Virus record (IMG/VR): IMGVR_UViG_3300044445_000049
Coordinates: 1-47,606 of that record
DNA from: a virus
Reading direction: 5' to 3' (one strand)
Length of the DNA: 47,606 nucleotides
The notes beneath the pieces are model-generated. The model was not told where the DNA came from. It saw only the letters and a list, made by a program, of their open reading frames with translations, and did no database searches. Positions within the stretch are counted from its first letter, which is position 1. Each line of letters starts with the position of its first letter. The translations under genes and the position numbers were made by a program. Shown in pieces: positions 41,199 through 47,273 of the stretch.

Positions 41199-41504
41199 TC
41201 AGGGGGCGACGAGGCCGGGGTGCGTTTCGCTTTCGCGCGTCTGTCGGGGCCGGGGTCGACGCGCTGCGTGACCTTCGGCCGAAGACTTGCGTGCGTGGTG
41301 CCACCGGCATAGCGCCTCGAGGTTGTCCTCGTCGTGGTCGTTGCCGGGCTTGATGTGGTCGACCTGGTTGGCTGGCGCTTCACAGCGTCGGCCTTGCGAG
41401 TCCACGGCTCGGCACTTGTAGGCGTCGCGTCGGAGCACACGCATTCGGCGTGCTGCCCAGTCGTGAGGTAGCTCAGACTTACGGTCACTGGTATCCCAGG
41501 GCAT
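41199..41504 (-). CDS. HNH endonuclease (packaging-associated type)
   Basis: ATG at 41504 after GGAGGAGG. ..CRAVDSQGRRCEAPANQVDHIKPGNDHDEDNLEALCRWHHARKS.. Confidence 0.9.
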   Translation of the reverse strand: MPWDTSDRKSELPHDWAARRMRVLRRDAYKCRAVDSQGRRCEAPANQVDHIKPGNDHDEDNLEALCRWHHARKSSAEGHAARRPRPRQTRESETHPGLVAP

Positions 41505-41525
41505 AGGGGGTGACCTCCTCCGGGG

Positions 41526-41565
41526 CACAACAAAGACCCCCTCCGGCTATGCACAGGGAGGGGGT
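41526..41565 (-). terminator. Rho-independent terminator immediately upstream of the HNH gene
   Basis: ACCCCCTCC-N12-GGAGGGGGT followed by CTTTGTTGTG on the minus strand. Confidence 0.7.
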
Positions 41566-41663
41566 GGGCTGTGCGCCAGAGGGGGTCGGCCCACGGACGC
41601 CGGGGGTAGGGCATCGAACGCGGGTGGGGTGGGAAGTAGATGGCGGCCCGCCGTGCACGGAAA

Positions 41664-41681
41664 GGCCCGGCTTTCAGGGCC
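41664..41681 (-). terminator. Weak hairpin after the tRNA cluster
   Basis: GGCCC-N8-GGGCC with tail TTTCC. Confidence 0.3.
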
Positions 41682-41711
41682 AGGGATCGAACGTGGTGGG
41701 GCGGGCCTCGC

Positions 41712-41782
41712 GGCGGACACTAGGACTCGAACCTAGACATTCGGTTTTGGAGACCGACGCTCTGCCATTGAGCTATGTCCCC
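41712..41782 (-). tRNA. tRNA-Trp(CCA)-like, no encoded CCA end
   Basis: GGGGACA TA GCTC AATGGCA GAGC G TCGGT CTCCAAA ACCGA ATGT CTAGG TTCGAGT CCTAG TGTCCGC C. G2:G71 mismatch in the acceptor stem. Confidence 0.65.
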
Positions 41783-41783
41783 A

Positions 41784-41859
41784 TGGCTGGCGAGGCAGGG
41801 ATCGAACCTACGCGCTTCCGAGTAACAGTCGGGTGCTCTGCCTACTGAGCTACTCGCCA
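41784..41859 (-). tRNA. tRNA-Asn(GTT) with encoded CCA
   Basis: TGGCGAG TA GCTC AGTAGGCA GAGC A CCCGA CTGTTAC TCGGA AGCGC GTAGG TTCGATC CCTGC CTCGCCA G CCA. Confidence 0.8.
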
Positions 41860-41860
41860 A

Positions 41861-41936
41861 TGGCTCCCTCGCAAGGATTCGAACCTCGGCCTCAACGGGT
41901 CCAAGGCCCGGCGTGCTGCCGTTACACCACGAGGGA
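41861..41936 (-). tRNA. tRNA-Gln(TTG)-like with encoded CCA
   Basis: TCCCTCG TG GTGT AACGGCA GCAC G CCGGG CCTTGGA CCCGT ... CGAGG TTCGAAT CCTTG CGAGGGA G CCA. Gln-type D-arm. The anticodon loop has C instead of U at position 33. Confidence 0.6.
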
Positions 41937-42010
41937 AAGGGCCCCGGGCCGGGCCGCTGATCTGTATCTGCGCGCCCGGTCGCCGGGGTAAAAGGGAACT
42001 TGCCCTTTGT

Positions 42011-42040
42011 AAGAAGACCGCCTAGCTGCCCACGGGAGGT
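42011..42040 (-). promoter_or_regulatory. Degenerate class II motif (copy 8) upstream of the tRNA cluster
   Basis: Minus strand: GGGCAGCTA-GGCGGTCTTCTTACA. No GGCAnC at the canonical -35 spacing. Confidence 0.3.
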
Positions 42041-42152
42041 CGGAGCCCGAAGTCGCGCGGCGTTGCAAGCGGGAAGGATCGGAGGTCGGAGGTCACGACG
42101 CCGCGGGAGTCGACGACGAAGCCCACGCGAACGAGGGCAAGCCGCTCCCCCT

Positions 42153-42971
42153 TCACGAGGCGGGGACGAGCTTGGTCAACGTGCTGCCCTCGCCGATGTA
42201 ATCGCGGATCGAGGCCTCAGTCTCACTTCGGACGTTGCCTCCGGTTGCGGGGTAGGAGTGCCAGAGGCCGTTCTCGCGGACGAAGATGCGAGCACCGATG
42301 CGCCCCGATCGAATCTGGCGGATGGTCGCGGGGCCGGCGTAGAGACCGGTCTCCGTCGGGAGCGGGACGGGCGCGGGCTCGAGGAGCTCGAAGTGGTAGG
42401 AGCTTGCCCCGTACTTCTGCGTGCCTACGCCCTCAGGGGCGATGTGCGTGACGCGGCCCGTGGCGAGTTCCTGCGTCACGACGCCGATGACGAACTCGGC
42501 CTTGAGGTGGGAGTGCGTCTTGCTCGTGAGGCGGACCTTGGCGCCCTTCTTGGCTGTGGCGGGGAAGGCCGTGACCGGGGCGTAGAAGGCGGAGTTGTAG
42601 AGGGCGCGCTCGAGGATGGGGTCGAGGGGCATGGCGATTTCCTTTGCGGATTCGATGGCGAAGGAGGAGAAGTGAGTGTGGAGGGTGTGAATCGCGGCGA
42701 CGCGGGCACGGGCAACCCGCTCGCGGCGTTCCCGGGCGAGCCGGTCCACGCGCGCTCGAGCTGCCCGAATGCGGCGCTGCTCGGCGACGGTGAACTCGAG
42801 GAGCTCACGACGGCCCCAGTCGGGACCGAAGGCGACGATGACGTCCCCGGCGTGCCGCACGGTGCGCGGGGTGTAGCCCCAGTCCTCGCGGAACTCGCGA
42901 CGAGCGCGCGGGTAGGCGGAGGCCAGCGTCTCGCCAGGGTGCTGCTCGATCGTCGTGTGGTCGCGGGTCAC
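42153..42971 (-). CDS. Hypothetical protein (272 aa) carrying the PLPTxxGxY module
   Basis: GTGA-coupled start at 42971. ..PVPLPTETGLYAGPATIRQI.. Confidence 0.7.
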   Translation of the reverse strand: MTRDHTTIEQHPGETLASAYPRARREFREDWGYTPRTVRHAGDVIVAFGPDWGRRELLEFTVAEQRRIRAARARVDRLARERRERVARARVAAIHTLHTHFSSFAIESAKEIAMPLDPILERALYNSAFYAPVTAFPATAKKGAKVRLTSKTHSHLKAEFVIGVVTQELATGRVTHIAPEGVGTQKYGASSYHFELLEPAPVPLPTETGLYAGPATIRQIRSGRIGARIFVRENGLWHSYPATGGNVRSETEASIRDYIGEGSTLTKLVPAS

Positions 42972-43348
42972 GCGGCGTCCTCCCACTCGGTCTCGACCTC
43001 ATCGGGTGCGGCCGGGAGCGCGTCCCAGACGTTCTCGAAGAGGTCGAGAATGTCGGCGTAGGCCACGCCGCGGACGCGGGCGTAGTCGATCGCGTCGGCG
43101 AGCATCGCTCGAGCGCCGTGCTTGCCGAGGCCTTCGATGCTGGCGTCCTCGGGCTCCCAGTCGTACGGCATGCGCCACGAGGCGAGGAGGCGGTCCAGCG
43201 GCTCGGAGGCCATGGAGCCGGGCTTCGGGCGCTTGGGGCCATCGTCGTCGGCTCCGCCGCCGTTACCGACGCCGTCGACGGGAGGGGCAGGGGGAGGCGG
43301 GAGCGTGGGCGTCCCGGTGTTGGAGGGTGCGGGTTGCATCATGGTCAT
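42968..43348 (-). CDS. Hypothetical acidic protein (126 aa), leaderless
   Basis: The ATG at 43348 lies 3 nt after the class II block. Confidence 0.65.
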   Translation of the reverse strand: MTMMQPAPSNTGTPTLPPPPAPPVDGVGNGGGADDDGPKRPKPGSMASEPLDRLLASWRMPYDWEPEDASIEGLGKHGARAMLADAIDYARVRGVAYADILDLFENVWDALPAAPDEVETEWEDAA

Positions 43349-43351
43349 GCA

Positions 43352-43381
43352 GAGGAGACCGCCAGCGGTGGTAGTCCTGCC
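43352..43381 (-). promoter_or_regulatory. Class II promoter-like motif (copy 9)
   Basis: Minus strand: GGGCAGG-ACTACCACCGCT-GGCGGTCTCCTCTGC-ATG. Confidence 0.6.
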
Positions 43382-43393
43382 CAGAGCAAACGA

Positions 43394-43425
43394 AAAAGGC
43401 CCCTTCCGTGAGGAGGGGGCCTTTT
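43394..43425. terminator. Bidirectional rho-independent terminator
   Basis: AAAAGGCCCCT...GGGGGCCTTTT, with A- and T-tracts on both sides. Confidence 0.75.
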
Positions 43426-43441
43426 GGCGTTGGTGTGAGTC

Positions 43442-43660
43442 TCAGGCGGCCTCGTCGAGGACGCGGAGGTCAGCGCCAAGAGCGTGCATCATCATCGAGC
43501 GCTCGCGGAGGGCGATGGTCTTGGTCATGGAGGGGGCGGAGCCCGCGACGCTCGTCCACTCGTTGCCCTCGTCGTCGAGGAAGGTCTCGACCAGGGCGCC
43601 CGAACCGAAGAGAGACGGGGCGGAGGAGGTGAGGCGGAGGGCGGGGGCTGCGTTCGTCAT
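43442..43660 (-). CDS. Hypothetical protein (72 aa), leaderless
   Basis: The ATG at 43660 lies 6 nt after the TATGCT -10. Confidence 0.55.
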   Translation of the reverse strand: MTNAAPALRLTSSAPSLFGSGALVETFLDDEGNEWTSVAGSAPSMTKTIALRERSMMMHALGADLRVLDEAA

Positions 43661-43666
43661 GGTTAC

Positions 43667-43695
43667 AGCATACTCGCGCACACATTTGAGCGCAA
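43667..43695 (-). promoter_or_regulatory. Class I sigma-A-like promoter (copy b)
   Basis: Minus strand: CTTGCGCTCAAATGTGTGCGCGAGTATGCT. Confidence 0.6.
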
Positions 43696-43757
43696 GTCGA
43701 GATTGCGCGCGAATAGGCCCCAGCCCGGGTGGGCGAGGGCCTACGGCGCCGGGAAGG

Positions 43758-44000
43758 TCAGAGCGAGTCGAGGGCCGTCTCCCGCGCTTCGAGGACCGCG
43801 CGGTAGGCGGCCGTCAACTCGTCCGGGTTCTCGGCGTCCTCGTCCAGAGGGAAGCATCCGGGGCATCCGGGCTCCTCGGGAAGGCGGAGGGTGTCGAGGA
43901 CGTGCTCGATGGCCTCGCGCTCCGTCGCCTCCTCGTAGGACTGGCGGACGTCGGCGACGACGAGAGCGATTTGAGCGGAGGTGGGTGCCGTGGAGGTCAT
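43758..44000 (-). CDS. Hypothetical acidic protein (80 aa), leaderless
   Basis: The ATG at 44000 lies 6 nt after the TAGAGT -10. Confidence 0.6.
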   Translation of the reverse strand: MTSTAPTSAQIALVVADVRQSYEEATEREAIEHVLDTLRLPEEPGCPGCFPLDEDAENPDELTAAYRAVLEARETALDSL

Positions 44001-44006
44001 GCGTCG

Positions 44007-44035
44007 ACTCTACTCGCGCGCACATTTGAGCGCAA
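44007..44035 (-). promoter_or_regulatory. Class I sigma-A-like promoter (copy c)
   Basis: Minus strand: GTTGCGCTCAAATGTGCGCGCGAGTAGAGT. Confidence 0.6.
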
Positions 44036-44049
44036 CTCGGGTAGCGAGA

Positions 44050-44091
44050 AGCCCCTCCCTACCCGTGGGGATGCGGTTGTAGGGAGGGGCT
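44050..44091 (-). terminator. 13-bp stem-loop
   Basis: AGCCCCTCCCTAC...GTAGGGAGGGGCT. Confidence 0.55.
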
Positions 44092-44164
44092 CACAAGGGC
44101 GCCCGGCCGCGTTAGGAAGAGTCTAGCCGGGGCCCGGTGGGGGAGGGCCGTCAGAGGACGCGGG

Positions 44165-44377
44165 CTAGCGCCCCTTCTCGATCCATACGTTGTAAGACGG
44201 CACACCCGCCATGCAATGCAGGAAGGCGCGAAGTCGCGCACCCGCGTAGGTGCGGTGGAACGACGGGAGCGTGAGGCGGGTATTACCGAACCGGACGACA
44301 TAGGGGAAGGTTGTCGAGTCGTTGTAGCGCCGCGAGTGGCGGGACTGTCGCCCGCGCCAGACGACGGCGGGGGTCAC
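44165..44377 (-). CDS. Hypothetical protein (70 aa)
   Basis: GTGA-coupled. VTPAVVWRGRQSRHSRRYNDSTTFPYVVRFGNTRL.. Confidence 0.5.
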   Translation of the reverse strand: MTPAVVWRGRQSRHSRRYNDSTTFPYVVRFGNTRLTLPSFHRTYAGARLRAFLHCMAGVPSYNVWIEKGR

Positions 44378-44664
44378 GCGGGCACCTCCTCGCCGCGGAC
44401 CTCGAGGGAGCGCCGATAGACGGCCGCGCTCTTGCGGGCGGTTTCCGCGGACGCCGGGTGGCCGTCCCGAGCGCTTCGGATCGCGCGAGCGCGAAGAAGC
44501 GTCAGGCCGAATCGGACCTCCTCCGTCGTCATGCTGGGGAGGGGGTCGCGCCGAAGGCGCTGGCGGAGAGCGGCGACTCGAGCGCGCCAGGATGCCGGCG
44601 AGAGGTAGACCATCACGGGGATCGAGAGGACGAGGGCGAAGAGGAAGATGCCGGAGAGGTTCAC
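44374..44664 (-). CDS. Membrane-anchored protein (96 aa)
   Basis: MNLSGIFLFALVLSIPVMVYL.. GTGA-coupled. Confidence 0.6.
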   Translation of the reverse strand: MNLSGIFLFALVLSIPVMVYLSPASWRARVAALRQRLRRDPLPSMTTEEVRFGLTLLRARAIRSARDGHPASAETARKSAAVYRRSLEVRGEEVPA

Positions 44665-45074
44665 TTGGAGGCCTTCTTCCGGGTCGCGGCGGCCTCGACG
44701 TCTCGGGCATACGCGACGCGGGTGCGGGCGGCGGCGAGACGCTCGTCGTCACGCCGGACGGTGTCCTCGTTGTCGAGGAGGGGCTTGAGTGCGGCGAGGG
44801 CACGAATGTCGAGGCTGCCGTTCTCCATGCCCCACCCGCGTCGCGCGGGGAAGGCTCGGAGGAGCGCCGGGTCGAGGCGGGTGAGGACGTCGACGGCGTC
44901 CTCGTAGCGGGGGAGGGTCCGCATGGCGGAGCCGACGCAATAGGCCAGGAAGATCGCGAGGAGGAGGGTGGCGCATGAGCCCACGATGGGGATGAGGTAG
45001 GAGAGCCACTCGGGGACTCCCGCGCCGATGAGTTCGGGCACGGGCCAGTTAGGGCCGGAGGTGGACGAGGTCAC
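44661..45074 (-). CDS. Membrane protein (137 aa)
   Basis: GTG at 45074 after GAAAGG. ..WLSYLIPIVGSCATLLLAIFLAYCVG.. Confidence 0.55.
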   Translation of the reverse strand: MTSSTSGPNWPVPELIGAGVPEWLSYLIPIVGSCATLLLAIFLAYCVGSAMRTLPRYEDAVDVLTRLDPALLRAFPARRGWGMENGSLDIRALAALKPLLDNEDTVRRDDERLAAARTRVAYARDVEAAATRKKASK

Positions 45075-45184
45075 GGGCGGGGCACCTTTCGGAGGCGGCT
45101 GAGGCCGACGGGGGCGAGGAGGATGAGGACGACGACGGCGAACGTCGCAACGGCGTAGTAGCCGCCGAAGAAGTAGAGGATCAA
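45071..45184 (-). CDS. Possible 37-aa hydrophobic micro-ORF
   Basis: TTGA/GTGA-coupled on both sides. LILYFFGGYYAVATFAVVVLILLAPVGLSRLRKVPRP. Confidence 0.35.
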   Translation of the reverse strand: MILYFFGGYYAVATFAVVVLILLAPVGLSRLRKVPRP

Positions 45185-45537
45185 GGGCGGCCGCCTCCGG
45201 TGCGGACGAGGTCTTCGATACGGTCGAGGGTGTCCGGGTCGACTCCCGAGCGGGCGGCCACTCGGCCGATCTGTGCAAGCGCGTCTCGTGCTTTCCCTCC
45301 ACGCTGGGCGGCCTCGCGGGCGACTTCCTCGGCGCTTTCGACGCGACGGGTCTCAACCCGGAGGGCCTCGGCAAGGCTCTCTATGTCTCCGGCAACTCCC
45401 GGGGAGAGGTTGTACTGCAGGGTGAGTCCTCGGAGGGCCTCGGCAACCTCTGAGAGGCTTTGCGACGGAGTGGCGGCTCCGCCACTCCCGAACGAGTCGC
45501 GGGCAATCTGTTGCAGTCGCAACGGGTGAACGGTCAT
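45181..45537 (-). CDS. Hypothetical protein (118 aa)
   Basis: AGGAGG plus an ATGA overlap with the upstream gene. Confidence 0.6.
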   Translation of the reverse strand: MTVHPLRLQQIARDSFGSGGAATPSQSLSEVAEALRGLTLQYNLSPGVAGDIESLAEALRVETRRVESAEEVAREAAQRGGKARDALAQIGRVAARSGVDPDTLDRIEDLVRTGGGRP

Positions 45538-45725
45538 GCGGCCCTCCTAAGGGCGGTCATCGGGACGGGGCGGGTGTTCTCGTCAAGGGCGCGGTCGAGG
45601 CCGACCTCGCTCGAGCGGGCGAGGACGCGAGACGCCCAGCCAACGAGGGCGGGGTCGTTCTCGCTCAGGTGGGCCAGGAGGACACGGCGGCTCTGCTCGC
45701 GCTCGTGACGGTGGGCGGGGCTCAC
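45534..45725 (-). CDS. Hypothetical protein (63 aa)
   Basis: GTGA-coupled. High GC3. Confidence 0.5.
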   Translation of the reverse strand: MSPAHRHEREQSRRVLLAHLSENDPALVGWASRVLARSSEVGLDRALDENTRPVPMTALRRAA

Positions 45726-45910
45726 TTCTTGGCGGCGCGGACGTACTGACGACGCCACGGTCCGAGGAGGTGACGCTCGCGCCAGCGCGGGTCGGAGAGA
45801 AGGCTCAGCGGGATATCGAGGTAGGCCGTTGAGACGCCGCGACGCCAGGCGACGACAGCGCGGGCTATGCGACGTGCTCGCCGGGCCCGTCGACGGCTCA
45901 GCCCTTCCAT
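45722..45910 (-). CDS. Hypothetical Arg-rich protein (62 aa)
   Basis: ORF-track ORF with moderate GC3. Confidence 0.45.
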   Translation of the reverse strand: MEGLSRRRARRARRIARAVVAWRRGVSTAYLDIPLSLLSDPRWRERHLLGPWRRQYVRAAKK

Positions 45911-46218
45911 GAGAGCGCGTGCCGGAGGCGAGCGATGAGGTTGGGCTTGGCCGCGGGCACCAGCGCCGGAAGCATCCGCTCGGCGTAGGTGAGTTCGCGC
46001 GCCTCGAGCGGGCGAGGGCGGGGCACCTCGCCGCGGGCGATGGCGTCGTGCTTATCGAAGACGGCCGAGCCCGCGAGGAGGCAGTCGTGCGCGTCGTCGA
46101 CGAGGTCGTCATCCTCGAGCGGCGTGATGAAGAAGTAGTGCGCGGCCTGGCTAGCTGCGCGAGCTGCGGTCATGGGGCCGACGTCAGACGTCGTCTTGGG
46201 CTCGAGAACGAGCGTCAT
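45898..46218 (-). CDS. Hypothetical protein (106 aa)
   Basis: ORF-track ORF. No SD. The start lies inside the palindrome at 46217-46232. Confidence 0.55.
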   Translation of the reverse strand: MTLVLEPKTTSDVGPMTAARAASQAAHYFFITPLEDDDLVDDAHDCLLAGSAVFDKHDAIARGEVPRPRPLEARELTYAERMLPALVPAAKPNLIARLRHALSWKG

Positions 46219-46254
46219 TGGATCAATCCAATCGGGGAGGGTTGGGGTCGCGTC

Positions 46255-46283
46255 AGTCTATGTGCGCGAGTATGGGCGCGCAA
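46255..46283 (-). promoter_or_regulatory. Sigma-A-like promoter (copy f): TTGCGC-N17-TAGACT
   Basis: Seen on the minus strand. The TGCGCGAGTA element here is on the opposite (plus) strand. Confidence 0.45.
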
Positions 46284-46311
46284 GACTTTAAGCGCGAGTG
46301 GGGCCAAAGGG

Positions 46312-46344
46312 AGGCCCGGGGAGAAGTGAGTCTCGCCCGGGCCT
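46312..46344 (-). terminator. 9-bp stem-loop after 46361-46822
   Basis: AGGCCCGGG...CCCGGGCCT. Confidence 0.5.
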
Positions 46345-46360
46345 GAGCCTCGCCGAGGGG

Positions 46361-46822
46361 CTACGCGGTGCGTCGAGCGCGACGCGAGCCGGGGGCCGGC
46401 GCGGGGCGGACGAAGTCGGGGACGTCCGTGATGAGGGGCGGCTCGGGGGAGTGAATCTGCTGCGTCGCACGCTGCATATCGGTCTCGCCGAAGCCCCCCT
46501 CGGAGGGCGGCACGGGGGTCTTCGAAGCCGTCTCTGTGAGTTTCGCGGCATCCGGCGTGTCGGCCTCGTCGAACTCGCACCCGAGGAGGGTGGACGCCGC
46601 GAGGATGAGGAAGTCCCGCGTGGCGATGACGCCGTCGGCTCCTCCCTCGACGTCGAGGTAATACTCGAGGAGGTCGGCGGTGGCCTTCGCGTGGGCCTTG
46701 ATGAGGGGCCCCAGGACATAGGAGTCCGGGGACAGGTTGGAGGCGGAACACCCCGTGTCCGCCGCGGTGCGGAGGTGCTGGACGTGGAGGCGGGCTGCGT
46801 GCTCGATCTGATAGTTAGGCAT
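46361..46822 (-). CDS. Hypothetical protein (153 aa)
   Basis: MPNYQIEHAARLHVQHLRTAADTG.. ATGCCTAA overlap with the upstream gene. Confidence 0.65.
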   Translation of the reverse strand: MPNYQIEHAARLHVQHLRTAADTGCSASNLSPDSYVLGPLIKAHAKATADLLEYYLDVEGGADGVIATRDFLILAASTLLGCEFDEADTPDAAKLTETASKTPVPPSEGGFGETDMQRATQQIHSPEPPLITDVPDFVRPAPAPGSRRARRTA

Positions 46823-46994
46823 CGGGTTTCGGTGCGACTTCCGGCTTGCGTGGCTGACGGGACGCTCGAGCGCCCGTCGACGGCGTGGCGAGTGCGACGG
46901 CGATGGCCTCGAGGAGGAGGTTCGTGCGTGATGGGGAAGGGACCGGCTGCGCGCGAGCGCTCTCGATCAGGTCGGACGGGGTCGGGTGTGCCAT
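46815..46994 (-). CDS. Hypothetical protein (59 aa), first gene after module B
   Basis: ATG at 46994 after GAGAGG. MAHPTPSDLIESARAQPVPSPSRTNLLLEAIAVALA.. Below the ORF-track cut-off. Confidence 0.5.
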   Translation of the reverse strand: MAHPTPSDLIESARAQPVPSPSRTNLLLEAIAVALATPSTGARASRQPRKPEVAPKPDA

Positions 46995-47025
46995 CGGCTA
47001 CCTCTCGAAGCTGTTAGGGGTCGAG

Positions 47026-47055
47026 AAGGAGACCGCCTCGGCGGGCCGGGTTGCC
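47026..47055 (-). promoter_or_regulatory. Class II promoter-like motif (copy 10)
   Basis: Minus strand: GGGCAAC-CCGGCCCGCCGA-GGCGGTCTCCTTCTC. Confidence 0.55.
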
Positions 47056-47065
47056 CGTCGAGGAT

Positions 47066-47165
47066 GACGGAATGACGATTTGAACGTCATTCCCTATTAC
47101 TTGCTTGAGGAGAGCACACACTAAGTAGAGGAATGGGAAATGACGTTTCGAAACGTCATTCCGTC
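47066..47165. promoter_or_regulatory. Operator/promoter module B (paralogue of module A)
   Basis: GGAATGACG-atttgaa-CGTCATTCC (47069-47093) and the perfect 22-bp palindrome AATGACGTTTCGAAACGTCATT (47139-47160). Outer 12-mers GACGGAATGACG / CGTCATTCCGTC are perfect inverted repeats. Confidence 0.7.
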
Positions 47166-47273
47166 ACTCTCGCCCCCGGCGCTGCCCCCCGCGGCCCTCC
47201 GATGCTAACTCAGGGCTCCGACATTCGCGCCGGAAGGTGCGCGCGAGAGGCCACACGCTGCCTCCGGCGCCCC

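Noticed and set aside
41600-41711. Two GTTCGATCC/GTTCGATGC T-loop-like segments as a fourth tRNA or a tRNA-derived attP core.
   Set aside because: No acceptor, D or anticodon arms can be folded around them, and the T-stems are mismatched. Serine integrases do not typically use tRNA 3' ends. These are most likely tRNA remnants.
42085-42105. Short tandem GGAGGTC-GGAGGTC repeat and other G/C-rich direct repeats in the 216-bp spacer upstream of the tRNAs.
   Set aside because: There are only two units, no further copies elsewhere, and no associated structure. This is indistinguishable from chance in a high-GC genome.
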